A DNA stretch of 63,219 nucleotides, filler included, from Octopus bimaculoides (GCF_001194135.2; 8 parts of 7 records of this genome joined end to end with filler, not necessarily neighbours in it), one strand, 5' to 3'. Counted from the whole stretch's first letter, positions 12,891-26,252 are shown. The notes: generated by a model not told the origin, from the sequence alone. Numbers and translations are program-made.

Positions 12891-13918
12891 GATGGTGTCA
12901 CGCATTAGCAAAGGACAAATCTTCTTTACTCTCTCACATCTAAGAGGTGATTTCAGATTAGTATAATATTCTAAATTACACTAGCCGTTCTAATGAATCT
13001 TCCATAATATTTATCTAAATTAATGCACACCAATATTCAGAGTCGATGAATAAAACTATAAATGATGAATAAAATAATACGAACTAAACGCGATGTCGTC
13101 TATCTAAGCACAGGGGGCGTTAGAAAATCATCTCGTAAAAATAGTCTTTTATATTGAGCAATCAACCCATTTCTTACACAAGTTAAACACTTTCAGCTTC
13201 ATACAAAAAAGAAATACAGATGTTGAAACATTCATGCCTTTCTTAAGACAGCAAATGAGATAAGTCAATCGAAATTTCTCAAAACAAATTCTAAAATTCT
13301 CTCTAGTTGTAAACTGATTATTTGTCTCTAAAGCGCTTCCTAACAATAAAAAGATATAAATAGCAAGCTGATGTATAAATTGCATTATAAATTATAGGTT
13401 AAAGGTTATATTTAGAGTCAATAGTTTGGTAGTAATCACATCTCGACTTGATGTTATTTGATTTTTCGTTACAGGCAACTCTATTAAATGTTTCCTCCTC
13501 CTCAAGAGGTTGTTTTTTTTAATCGATAGTTAAACAACATATAGAGTTGCTGCTTTTTTCATGAGGTTAGTCAATATGGAATGAACTTTTGTTGAAACAT
13601 AATAGATTTCTCTCGTCTCGAGCAATTCTGTTATATTCAAAAATCGACGAAAAGCAGCACGTTATTGTGAGAATGTATATTGCGACTATTAAACATATAT
13701 ATGAGGTTTCGTCTCTTTTGAAAACATACACAGACATTCGATAATTAATACGATATGTATGCGTCAAGAATACAAACATGATGCCTTCTCAAGAGAATAG
13801 AAGATATAATATAGATAACTCACAAATACCAAACACAAACAAACATATATTTCTATATATGTGTAAGTATTTATATATATACACACACAGAGACACAGAA
13901 ACACACATACACACAGAG

Positions 13919-13964
<46 letters not shown>

Positions 13965-14351
13965 AACATATAAATAAATAAAAACTAAAACAAATGAACA
14001 CGTATTAACAGAGAATATAGGTNNNNNNNNNNNNNNNNNNNNNNNNNNNNNNNNNNNNNNNNNNNNNNNNNNNNNNATATATATATATATATTTCGCTCG
14101 TGCATATAACCTTGTGTTAGAACTCAATGTACATATGCTTCAGTATGAAATGTCAGTCGAGTACAGAGTAGTAATAAGAATTTTGAAATAAACAGCGCTT
14201 TATGTTTGAAGCTCCGATGAAGCCATAGCTTGATGCTTAAGCACTCTATTAATTGTACATTGCACCCTATAGCAGAAACAATTGTAAGCTAATGGTGTTC
14301 ATAACATAGCTGTTTATTTCCTTTGTCATCCCATATATATTATATATATAT

Positions 14352-14630
14352 AATACAAAATTAAGAGGAATGTCCAGGAAATGTGGACTCCTATATGCTA
14401 GAAATAGATGCCGAATCACCTAACCACGAAGAATATGTTCCCAAGAAAAAAATTTCAGCGAGATACCAGACTGTAAAGGGCAAGACAAATGAAAATATAC
14501 GAAATAAAAAAACGATTAACCTACGTACCATTTTTTTCTTGAGAACATAGTCTTCGTGGTGAGGTGATTCGGCATCTATTTCTAGCATATAGGAGTCCAC
14601 TTTTGCTGGTCATTCCTCTTAATTTTGTAT
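14352..14630. repeat. Long palindrome: ~100-bp arms, ~80-bp spacer
   Basis: 14352-14452 versus 14530-14630, about 6 mismatches; (TA)n on the left. Confidence 0.95.
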
Positions 14631-14783
14631 GTAATATAATTTTAATCTTCGGATTGTTTTTAAATATGCTAGACTACTGGTTTTAATTGATTAATATCAA
14701 TTTCTACCCTTATTATTAAATTTATATATATATATATATNNNNNNNNNNNNNNNNNNNNNNNNNNNNNNNNNNNNNNNNNNNN

Positions 14784-14795
14784 TTAATTAATTAA
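14784..14795. other. Assembly spacer TTAATTAATTAA (also at 23471, 29402, 45143, 51951, 55723, 58654)
   Basis: Identical 12-mer always embedded in N runs; it gives stops in all six frames. Confidence 0.9.
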
Positions 14796-14839
14796 NNNNN
14801 NNNNNNNNNNNNNNNNNNNNNNNNNNNNNNNNNNNNNNN

Positions 14840-14884
<45 letters not shown>

Positions 14885-15226
14885 TTAATTTATTCATTCA
14901 TTCATATATAAATGTGTGTGTATGTGTGTGTTTATATGGGATTTTATATGGGGAAGTATGTAGGTCTCTATATATATATATGTAGGTTAGAGTTAGCACA
15001 TACATGTGAAGCATGGGGGAAAGGATAGTACTTGAATAACAGAGGTAGAGTAATATGCTTTATTAACAATGCTGCAGAGACATCACAACAATTTTACATT
15101 CCCGTTCGTCGGATAGTTTAGTTCATGCACTTGAAATGACTGCATAATCTTTGGGATAACCGAATACATGATTGTATACACTCGCGCACGTAGATACACA
15201 CACATACACACAAGCACACACACGCG

Positions 15227-15278
<52 letters not shown>

Positions 15279-15361
15279 CACACAAACATATATATGCATG
15301 CACACTCCTATATATATGTATGTGTGTGTGTATACATGCTTGTGTATGTGTGTGCGTGTGT

Positions 15362-15440
15362 GTGTCCCCGATGAACGGGAACGTGAATCTCTGAGTAACA
15401 GTGTTTGTGATGTCTTTGCAGGTTTATTAACAAAGTATAT
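15362..15440 (+). mobile_element. PLE-type terminal repeat fragment (same family as 33110-33270)
   Basis: ccgatgaacgggaacgtgaatctctgagtaacag..tgtgatgtctttgcag.tttattaa is shared with 33139-33210. Confidence 0.6.
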
Positions 15441-15646
15441 ATGTATGTCAATATATATGTGTATATATATGAACGAATGAATAATTATATGCGTATATAT
15501 GAAAGAATCAATAATTAGTAATTAATTATTTATTGTTATTATTAAGATTATTTATAAATTTAGTTAAATGTAAAAACATATATATGATGTATATAATATG
15601 TATATATGTATATGTGAATATATATGAACGTAAATGTAGATTTGTT

Positions 15647-15686
<40 letters not shown>

Positions 15687-16009
15687 GATGTATATATGTG
15701 TATATACATATATGTATATTTATGTATATCGATATATATGTATATGTAATTATCTATTGTTATTATTATTATTTGTATTATATAGTTAGATAAATATATA
15801 CAAACATACATGATGTATCTGATGTGTTTGTATCGATATGTCTGCGTAGATGTGTATGTCAAATATATGTGTGTGCGTGTTTGTATATGTGTCTATATAT
15901 GTCTATATTTATTTACGTCTATATGTGTATGTGTGCATTTATAGGTATATGTGCAGGTGTGTATATATTTATATGTATATGCAAGTATCTCTATATACAG
16001 ATGAATTGA

Positions 16010-17658
16010 TATAAATGTTACTTAATAGCTCGTGAATTAATTAAGGAATATAAATTAATACATTAATAAATTGATAAGAAATGAAATTATTTAATAGATA
16101 CATAATGTCAAAGTGAAATTTTAAAGTTATGTATGATGATGTGAACGCTGTTTTCCTTGCGATTCTTACCCGTGTTTATAACGGGATCCATATGTTTTGA
16201 TGTAACCGAATTTTGCGTTTATATTGGAACCGACTGACTACTAAGTTTAAATTAGTATAAGAATGTGGATTTTTATATTATCTCAGTGTATTACTAAATA
16301 AATTTAGTGTTATATTATATGATATATATATATATTTTAATTGTCTAATATTAGATTATTATTTACAAATACTATAATGTATTTAACTTAAGGATAAAAC
16401 AATATTAGTGTATTCGTAGCTGAATTAAAGTTATAAATTTCAAATTATATTATTTTTATTTTATCTTAAATAATGACAAGCATTAATAATAATAATATAC
16501 AAAAAAAAATAGAATAGACCCTATAATGATTAAAATACTTTTATTGTCATATTACGTGCTCTGGTCCTGTTTTATTTTATTATTATTTTTTTTAGTAGGC
16601 ATCAGTATGTAAATTTATAAACATTGATTTACGGTGGTTTATTTTGCCCTGAAAAACTTAGTAAATTTATGTTTACTAAAAATAAAGATTATATCAATAT
16701 ATAAACGAAGATTATGATAATTCTTAAATATAATAATATATTTTTGGACATTATGCATATGCAATTATTTATCGTAGACAATATCATACTTAGAAATTTT
16801 ATATTGTGTATATCCTGTTCTTGTGTTCTTTCGAATTTATATACCCGTAAAAGTAAAAACATTGATTTACTGCAAGTTATTTTCCTCTGTAAAACTAAGT
16901 AAATTTTTGATAATTAATTTTATTTATTTATTATGTATGAATTAATACAGGAAATAAATAATCGCAGTTTTATGAAATTGTTTAATATCGGCGTATTTAG
17001 AATAAGCTTTTGAATGAATAAATAGTTGATTAAAAGTGTTTTTAATGACTTTAGTAAATTTATATTATTATGATAAAATAATTATGTTATTATGATAATG
17101 TATATTTATGGTCTCATATTTATCGAAATTTATTTTCTTAATAAAACTACATAATTTCTAATTTTGATTGCAATTTTTGTATAGGTGATTATAAATAATG
17201 AATATAATATAATTTATAATATTATCCACTATTAGGCTAGTGAAGATAAGGTATTTCAATTATTATTATTATTTTTTTTTTGCTGTTTAGCCATGATAAA
17301 TATCGTGTTGCTTTGACTTAGAATGACGAATTTCTCGGAATGTTTTGCCTGAATAAATTTTTTTTTCCTGATATAAAAAATTAAAGAAGATATTTATTAC
17401 TCACCCATTAATTCTTAGCATATTATTTAGATGTATTATATATAAAAAATAATGGGAACAAAACATTTAGATTAGTATCATAAAAAGTGCACAATAATAT
17501 TTATGACTCTTATAGAAGCCTTTATATATTTAATTAATTTGAATTTTTTATTTTTATATTTTAAAATTATTGACGCTCACGCTTACAAACATATTTAAGG
17601 ATTGTAAGTATTTAACAATTCTTACATATAATTTTGTCTAATTTTGTCAAACATTTCC
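16010..17658. other. Extremely AT-rich block with degenerate internal repeats
   Basis: Sampled lines are 72-88% AT; ~50-bp direct repeat at 16619-16670 and 16857-16908; no recognisable ORF. Confidence 0.6.
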
Positions 17659-17910
17659 NNNNNNNNNNNNNNNNNNNNNNNNNNNNNNNNNNNNNNNNNN
17701 NNNNNNNNNNNNNNNNNNNNNNNNNNNNNNNNNNNNNNNNNNNNNNNNNNNNNNNNNNNNNNNNNNNNNNNNNNNNNNNNNNNNNNNNNNNNNNNNNNNN
17801 NNNNNNNNNNNNNNNNNNNNNNNNNNNNNNNNNNNNNNNNNNNNNNNNNNNNNNNATCAATCAATCAATCAATCAATCAATCAGTCAATCAATCAATCAA
17901 TCAATCAATA

Positions 17911-17960
<50 letters not shown>

Positions 17961-18100
17961 GCTAGCTAGCTAGCTAGCTATCAATAAATATATATATATG
18001 ACCAAATATGGTTTTTGCAGTATGTGAGCCTAGCCAGCTGATGGTGGAGGGCTTGGATTTACTTGCACTGAATTCAGTATTGTTTTCTTCAGCTCATTTA

Positions 18101-18956
18101 CGTGGTCTGATCAATAAGTATCCGTACTGTTGCCATAGTAACGAAGCTAAGGCATGCAGAGTAAATCGGCTTAACGCCCTAGCTCACTTCCTTTGCTTAC
18201 AGCAGTGCTTAGAAGGGAGGTCTGTGATCGTTTGTGCACAGAAGGACGGTTTGTGTACGTGATCGTCTCGTTGACTATGACAGAGAAATTTGAGCAGAGA
18301 ATCGACATCAAATTTTGTCAAAACCTTACCGATACCTGCTTAGAGGTCTAAGCAATGGTTTCAAAAAGTTTTTATCGTTCTACGACAGAGTCAAGGGGTT
18401 CTTTCTCAGCTGAAACCCGAATGCCCTTTTCGTCGGCTGAAAGCAGTTTTGGCATAAACTTGGCAGACACGCGTCTCATGCCCAAATCTTCAACGACAAT
18501 GCATTGAGCTGAACATAACTAATCAGTACATCGTGTGATAACTCATGGATGTTGATTCAGCGATTTCCCCTCACAGCTGTACGCACTTTTGCGACGTTTT
18601 TCTCAGTTCTGCTGGTTGCATGTTTCCTAGAACTTTCTTCTATATCGATATTTTATCGGCCATCTTCGAAACGTCTGAACCACTTGTACACTTCTATACA
18701 GCTTATGCACTCCTCTCCACACATTTTGTGTAACTTTGCGTAGGCCTCTGAGCAGGTATGGACATAACAACGTTCTCTGTCATGGTGAATGCGACGATGG
18801 CACGTAACACACCTTCAGTCGAAGCATTGCTGTAAACAGCAAAAGTGAGCTACATCTCTGATACTTAATGAGCATGCACAGCATAGCTGAATCCATTCTT
18901 TGCCAAGCGGCTTTGGTGCTATGGTAACAGCCCTGATACGTATTGATCAGATCTCG
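18101..18956. mobile_element. Mariner derivative made of two head-to-head 5' ends
   Basis: TIRs cgtggtctgatcaataagtatcc and the reverse complement of ..gatacgtattgatcagatctcg, with TA at 18099-18100 and 18957-18958. Plus strand MTEKFEQRIDIKFCQNL from 18277; minus strand from 18783 gives TCSEAYAKLHK..VYKWFRRFEDG..EDLGMRRVSAKFMPKLLS. Confidence 0.9.
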
Positions 18957-19526
18957 TATTGAACAGATTTCTGCAGAAGAGCATCGGAAGGCTCCTTTAT
19001 TGCTTGTACTACTTTTGCGTAGAGTTTCTTTCTTAATCTTTCATAAGTATAATATGTGTATCCGAATATGTTATGTGATACTCACTCCTTTAAGTCTTCT
19101 GTAACAATAATGATATTCTTATTTTGATGGTTTTTTTTTGCACTGAGGAGAACAGTAATATGTAATTAATTTAATTTTAATTGAAGTAAATTCTAAATAT
19201 TCTACCATGTTATTTACATGTTACTATTGTTGTTTGAAACATAAATTTTTAACATCTTCTCTTGTCCATCTTTAACAGTTTGTTGAGTTTCTCATAATAC
19301 AAATTATACTTTTATATATATATATAAATATATATATACTTTTGAAGAGGATGCATGGCGTTCAATCATATAATAAGATGAATAATATATATATATATAT
19401 ATANNNNNNNNNNNNNNNNNNNNNNNNNNNNNNNNNNNNNNNNNNNNNNNNNNNNNNNNNNNNNNNNNNNNNNNNNNNNNNNNNNNNNNNNNNNNNNNNN
19501 NNNNNNNTGTGTGTGTGTGTGTGTGT

Positions 19527-19715
19527 ATGCATATGTAGGCACAGGACGCATGAAATGTGTACAACAAAAATACGAAGTACGAATAAATGGAATATGAACT
19601 AGTTTTTCGAACAACGAAAGACACAAATGGAAAACAAGACAAACAACATAAATAACGACCCTTCATCAGTTGTTTGCTGCCTTTCGATTCTCGCATTTCG
19701 AGCATTTTGCAATAA
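19527..19715 (-). mobile_element. Unclassified repeat family D (PLE-pLTR-like)
   Basis: cccttcatcagttg..gcatttcgagcat is shared with 34965-35125, 48948-49143 and 50101-50290. Confidence 0.6.
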
Positions 19716-20429
19716 CAATATATACCGTAGTGAACACTGGATTTTCTACATCGGAAGAATTTTGATATTTGCTCGGAATCCGACAGCGTAGATACCTCAG
19801 AGATAGGTTTGGGTGATTCAGTGAGAAAGTCCTTTCTGCTCTCTCAGGATTTTATACATACATTCATACATATATAGTAACATAAGTGACGACGAATATT
19901 CACCGTATCGAAATAGCGATACAATAGTGTGTTTCAAATGAATTTGAACTCTCACAAATAATCACTGTTTTTGTGCAATCATTATTCCCCCAGTGATATT
20001 GCAACCACTGAATCTTAATACTGGTATCACACAATGAGAATAACTATATCATAAGTACACGAATTAAACAGTTCATATAACCAAATTTAATTGTTTCAGT
20101 AAGTAAAATACATTTAATATACAACATTAATAAATTGATGATTATATTATGAACGATGAAATCGTACCATTAAGGAAAATAGGATTTACTTTAAATAAGC
20201 AACAGTAACAGCAAAGAGACAATATCAATTAAAATTATAAACAACAGTTATACACGCTTTGTCGGACACCCTGGGGTTCATAAGAGAAATTAAGTGTGGT
20301 TTTATATATATCGATATTGTGAAACAGATGACTATTCTATGGATCTAACAGTCAATTATTTCGAACCATATCAATACATAACAGAATTGACTAGCTCATT
20401 GTGTCTCGGAATATTAAATAATCAATTAA

Positions 20430-20636
20430 GGTGACGAGCTGCCAGAATCATTAGCAACGCCGGGCAAAACGTTCGGCGGTATTTTCGTTCAGAGTTCAAA
20501 TTCCACCGAAGTCGATTTTGCCTTTCATCATTTCTGGATAAATGAAGTAAGTACTACTTGAGCACTGGGGTCGCTGTCATCGACTTACCTCCTCCCTCTA
20601 AATTACTGGTCTTATATCACAGTTAGAAACCAATAT
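20430..20636 (+). mobile_element. tRNA-derived SINE family C (Meta-domain-like core)
   Basis: Head ggtgacgagctgccagaatcattagc, B-box gagttcaaattcc, core gtcgattttgcctttcatc..aagtactacttgagcactggggtcg. Confidence 0.8.
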
Positions 20637-20939
20637 TAAGCATCAATTCCGGAACCGAAGCTAGGAGTGCCTAAGGCTATATCAACGTCAGCATTAAGAA
20701 CAGTAATTACTGGTTTGTCATAATCGCCATCTACCTGTTACGTACATTGCTGTAGAGAGTGTAGTGAATGACCGAAATATCATAAAGAACGAATTGTTTC
20801 AAACATTGATGGCATGTAGTTCTCTTTGAAGACCTATCGTCCAATATAATTTACTAATTGGTTTGCACAACACCATTTACATTGAAATCTTAAAGAGCAA
20901 GATTTAAAATCACAATAGATTTCCTTCAATTGTGTGCAG

Positions 20940-21009
20940 TATACCATTTTTTCCACTGAATTGGTTAAAAAGGACAATATTATTATATGGGATTATGCAA
21001 TTCTTTGTG
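20940..21009 (+). other. Candidate exon A (70 nt)
   Basis: Acceptor ttccttcaattgtgtgcag, donor GTG|gtaagt; open in two frames (IPFFPLNWLKRTILLYGIMQFFV or YTIFSTELVKKDNIIIWDYAILC). No homology recognised. Confidence 0.35.
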
Positions 21010-21404
21010 GTAAGTCAAAATATTTCTGATATATCGACAGTCAGAATCAATTACATATGATACTGCAACAGTTATATCACAGAACAGCGTGTCTTACAAT
21101 GTGTTTCTTATGCATTCTATAACAATAGGAGTGCACGTCAATANNNNNNNNNNNNNNNNNNNNNNNNNNNNNNNNNNNNNNNNNNNNNNNNNNNNNNNNN
21201 NNNNNNNNNNNNNNNNNNNNNNNNNNNNNNNNNNNNNNNNNNNNNNNNNNNNNNNNNNNNNNNNNNNNNNNNNNNNNNNNNNNNNNNNNNNNNNNNNNNN
21301 NNNNNNNNNNNNNNNNNNNNNNNNNNNNNNNNNNNNNNNNNNNNNNNNNNNNNNNNNNNNNNNNNNNNNNNNNNNNNNNNNNNNNNNNNNNNNNNNNNNN
21401 NNNN

Positions 21405-21453
<49 letters not shown>

Positions 21454-21922
21454 TGCATATATGGATATGTTGATATTCATACAAATACATGTGTACTTAT
21501 ATTTACATATGTGTCTCTGCGTATATTTTGAGTCTATGTATGATTGTTTATAAAAAAATATTTTGCTACTGATTGATCCAGTTACTGTTTTTCTACATCT
21601 TAGCACACCTGCCCTTATGCATATTTCATTATTAATCGTATTCTTATTATGGGAGAAGAACTCCGGTTTCATCCCCCCTCACCTACACGTGAGTGTTTCG
21701 TCATTGGTAATGCGTATACGTGTTAATTTTTATAAATGTAATTGTTTTCCGAAATAAACTGCATTTCGTGATCGAGACGCCAGTAAAACAAAAACGTATC
21801 ACTTAGTTACTCAACTTAGAGTCCATTGCAGCTGGTAGCAGAAACACCTGTACGCTAATGAAAATCCTAAGATAATTGTTTATTTTTCCATCATCTAATT
21901 TTCTCTCTCTCCCTCTCTCTCC

Positions 21923-21967
<45 letters not shown>

Positions 21968-22902
21968 ATAAAGAAGTGTATGAATAAATCTATTGTTACA
22001 TAATAGCAACTTAAAAGGAATTTCTGTAAAAGGAATATTTCAAATTATGGTTATAAATATATGGAACCGTAACTATACTTGTTTTTTAAATTATATTATT
22101 GATCCCCTTTTTGCTGACACATTATTACTCTCAGAAGGTCGACATTGAAGTTGTAACCATGGTGTTGAAAAAAAATGCGTCACTTCATGAGAGCTACTGC
22201 TAAGTTCAGAGTTAATATCCGCATATATAATTTCTATCCTAAGTCGCCTAATTAATTTAGTGAAATAAGTCTAACGTAACATCACGTTATTTAATAAATG
22301 TCCATAAGTGTTTCCGAATATAGCTAAATTCGTATATGTACATTTGAACCAATCAAATTTCATTTGTAGAAATTACAGATATTTTTACAGATTATTTCTA
22401 ACTCCTTTAAAACTGTTCGGTATATTGCAATATTTTAAAATGTACACGTAACTTTCAAAAGTGAAAATTTGCCACAACAAAAATTAATAGTAAAATATAA
22501 TTCGTCTTGACATGCAACGGTATATTATCTTTCAAGAAACGCAATCACCACCGCGGAAATAAATGACAATATGACGTAAACCTTTTAAGTATGCATTACA
22601 TATACCATTTAAGTGCTTTTACTTCTTATGGATTTCTGAATATTATTAACCCCTTGAGCTATAATAATAAAAATTATTTTTGTTCTATGATGTAATCTTT
22701 TAAAAATATAGATATCGAGAGGGAGATATATGGGAAAGCATGAATTCTAAACGTGTAGCATATTAGATTTAGATTTTCTTGCATTAGCTATGGTTTGTAA
22801 ATATATTTTAGAATATGTTTCTCAATATTTTATATTAGAAGTGATTATGTATGCAAGTATTAATCATTCTGTACAACAAATGAAATGCTTCTTGTATTTC
22901 AG

Positions 22903-23040
22903 CACGATCGGATCGGATCCAACCAAGAATTATTTAACATACTCATATTTCTAATGATTTCTCCCATAACATTGTAAAATAGAAGCAGAAGACACTTTTA
23001 ATTTTGATGAACCCCACACGAGAAGAAACTGAATTCGCTT
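22903..23040 (+). CDS. Candidate exon B (5' UTR plus ATG at 23007, MNPTREETEFA)
   Basis: Acceptor cttcttgtatttcag, donor CTT|gtaagt. Stops in all frames before the ATG; ends in phase 1, compatible with exon C. Weaker alternative acceptor at 22982. Confidence 0.45.
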
Positions 23041-23288
23041 GTAAGTTATATACACTGCAGAACATAAATTATCATCACGCGCAACAAGTCTCAATCGATT
23101 CTCCTCGATTTCATCAGATTATTATTTGGTGCATATTTTTTGAATTTCAAAATACGTAATCTATGAAAAATACAGTTCCGTTTCATCTTCCAGTAAATAT
23201 GAATAAGATTTCAGAAATCTTGTGTATTGTAAATGTTCTGTTTTCCATAGAAGGATTCTATCAAGGAAATTTCAAGAAGATATAAATT

Positions 23289-23349
<61 letters not shown>

Positions 23350-23526
23350 ACAAACACGCGCGCGCGCACACACAACACACACGCATATATATGTATACAC
23401 ACACACACACATACATATATATATATNNNNNNNNNNNNNNNNNNNNNNNNNNNNNNNNNNNNNNNNNNNNTTAATTAATTAANNNNNNNNNNNNNNNNNN
23501 NNNNNNNNNNNNNNNNNNNNNNNNNN

Positions 23527-23566
<40 letters not shown>

Positions 23567-23844
23567 AATAATATGTATGGTAAATATTCTCTTATGATTC
23601 TCTAAAATCTAACTTTTGATTTCAAAATACCAGGTGGCCTTATATTCACGTCTGCAACTCAATATCCGTAGTGCGAGCAACTATCTTCTTGCTTTTGCAT
23701 CTATGCACTCTGATTGTCGGAATTTTTTGAAGAAATACTACAAGAGAACTGTGGTTTTACCATCTGACTGGATCGAAGTTGCTGAATTCTGTGCTGTAAG
23801 CTGCATTTATTTTTCCATATTTTAATTTCTCTTTCATTTTTAAA

Positions 23845-24055
23845 GCTCTTGTTTCTTACTTGTTTCAGGCATTAGACTGTGGCCATATTGGGGCAATGCT
23901 TTGAATAATTTTTAGTTGAATGAATCGATCCCATACTTATTTTCTTTTTATAAGCCTGGTACTTATTCTATCAGTCTCTTTTGCTGAACTGCTAATTGGC
24001 ATGGATGTAAACATACCAACACCGGTTGTCAAGTGGTGATGGGGGACGAATACAA
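23845..24055 (-). mobile_element. SINE family A, 3' half
   Basis: cttacttgtttcag..gactgtggccat..cttattctatcagtctcttttgctgaactgctaa matches the tail of 56351-56749. Confidence 0.8.
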
Positions 24056-24331
24056 AAGCAAAGATGCATGCATGCACATGCACATATGCATGCACACACA
24101 TACACACACATACAGAGTAAGAGGGGGTATATAATATCCAAGCAGATACCAAATTTCTCTGAGTACTTATATATCCTGAAGAGATTGTACTAATAATGCA
24201 TAAATCGCTGCATATAAGCATGCAACAATATGCAGTTAGTGCGAATGAAACATATGTCGGATAATTATTATGAAAAAACTAACTGGAAATAAACATAAAG
24301 TCCGAATGTTCAAATTCTTCATTCTCTGTAT

Positions 24332-24358
<27 letters not shown>

Positions 24359-24371
<13 letters not shown>

Positions 24372-24614
24372 AATAATAAAGTACTCAGAGATCAGGATGG
24401 TTGTACATTTACAGATTTTTATTAATATGTCACATGTTTTTATAAATCATATATTAGCACTTGCATCTACTCTAATAGATTCTTTAAATCTGAAAAATCT
24501 ATTAGAGTAGACGCAAGTGCTAATATATGATTTATAAAAACATATGACATATTAATAAAAATCTGTAAATGTACAACCATCCAGATCTCTGAGTACCTTA
24601 TTTTTTCTAATATA
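24359..24614. repeat. Near-perfect palindrome: ~120-bp arms, 14-nt loop
   Basis: Arms differ by 4 substitutions and one 3-nt indel; (TA)-rich flanks on both sides. Confidence 0.97.
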
Positions 24615-24662
24615 TAATACCTGTACATCACCTCCAAACCTTCTAATCTATATCTATATATC

Positions 24663-24689
<27 letters not shown>

Positions 24690-24693
<4 letters not shown>

Positions 24694-24850
24694 CCACACA
24701 ATGGGCTTCTTTCAGTTTCCGTCTACCAAATTCACTCACAAGGCTTTGGTCTGCTCGAGGCTATAGTAGAAGACACTTACCCAAAGTGCCATGGAATGGG
24801 ACTGAACCTGGAACCATGTAGTTCGGAAGCAAGCTTCTTACCACACAGCT
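24690..24850 (-). mobile_element. SINE family A, 5' half
   Basis: gggcttctttcagtttccgtctacc..ctatagtagaagacacttacccaaagtgcc..aagcaagcttcttaccacacagc. Confidence 0.85.
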
Positions 24851-24990
24851 GATTCTGTACCTATTATTTCTCATGTTTTTCTTTTTGTTCCTTTCTCTCA
24901 TTGACCTGTTTTAGTTTTTGTCTTTTTCAGTGAAACACAAACTTCACTGTATTTCTATACTATGAATATTGAAAACAATGAATCAATATT

Positions 24991-25394
24991 CTTTTACTCT
25001 TTTACTTGTTTCAGTCATTTGACTGTGGCCATTCTAGAGCACCGCCTTTAGTCGAGCAAATCGACCCCAGAAATTATTCTTTGTAAGCTTAGTAGTTATT
25101 CTATCAGTCTCTTTTGCCGAACCACTAAGTTACGGAGATGTAAACACACCAGCATTGGTTGTCAAGTGATGTTGGGTGGGGACAAACACAGACATACAAA
25201 CACGCATATATATATATATATACATATATATGACGGGCTTCTTTCAGTTTCTGTCTACCAAATCCACTCACAAGAATTTGGTCGGCCCGAGGCTATAGCA
25301 GAAGACACTTGCCCATGGTGCCACGCAGTGGGACTGAACCCAGAACCATGTGGTTGGTAAGCAAGTTACTTACCACATAGCCACTCCTGCGCCT
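24991..25394 (-). mobile_element. Full-length SINE family A (tRNA head, CORE-like domain, internal microsatellite)
   Basis: Reverse complement of 56351-56749 including the head ggcgcaggagtggct and the (AAGAGTA)n tail. Confidence 0.9.
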
Positions 25395-26252
25395 AATAGT
25401 AACTATGAAGCATTGTTGTGTTCATAAATCGACAGTAATCATTTATTTTGATTCGTTCTATTTCTAGTACCAAACTGCGAATAAGCCTTTTATTATTGGC
25501 ATTTTACCATCTGCCTTACGAAAAGTAATGGTTGAAAAATTTGCTGATTTTGATGAATACCAACTTGGTGAGTACATATTCTTTAACTATTTATATAATT
25601 ATTAGAGTACCTGTATTATGTAAACAATAAAGACAGCTATGTCAGTCTTATTTGTTAGAGTAATTATTTTTCTTATATTTTACGCATCTCCTGTCTACTG
25701 CACTATCATTACCATTCTGCTGCTTTGCACTGTCATTCATCTCTTTTTTCCCCACCTCTCTTGACTGATGCATTATTGGTCATTTCCCTATTCACCTCAT
25801 TCACCCTTGAATCCTACCCTATCTTTACAGTGGTTGTCTACTTCCTCTCTTCTCCCCCATTCCCCATTTCTCACTCCCCCATACTCTTTTGCAATCCTCA
25901 GCCACCCACCTACACTTCTGGTCACTTTGTCCCACTCACTTCTATCTACCTTGTCTTTTGAGGGTTCTCCTTGATATTTCATCACCCCTATTTTTCATCT
26001 CTTTCCAGCTACACCCAATTATTCTTGCCCTTCTGAAATCTGAGTAGATATGCAGCTCCTCTACAGCAAGAAACCTGTTCTGCTCAGGCTTCGCTCATAC
26101 TGTAACCCCTTGTCTCCTAGTATAAAGCCACCGTCTTGGGGTTCATAGTCTTGCAAGCTGCATAGCAACCTCATTAGTGCTTGCAGGAATAATTATTTCC
26201 CTCACATATCACCTATAACAATATTGACAATGTTATTGTTGCAATTGTTGTT

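Noticed and set aside
14784-14795. Recurrent perfect 12-bp palindrome TTAATTAATTAA (7 copies)
   Set aside because: Always embedded in N runs; a scaffolding spacer, not biology. It also means neighbours across these points may not be contiguous.
16320-17400. Long minus-strand frame free of TGA, suggesting a ciliate-type genetic code
   Set aside because: G is so rare on that strand that TGA is depleted in every frame; the translation matches nothing I recognise.
16010-17658. Possible mitochondrial insertion (NUMT)
   Set aside because: No mitochondrial gene, rRNA or tRNA motif recognised; tested frames close even under the invertebrate mitochondrial code.
20940-21009. Resemblance of KKDNIIIWDYAIL to the glutamate-receptor S2 motif
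   Set aside because: Too short, the alternative frame is equally open, and no other receptor exons were found.
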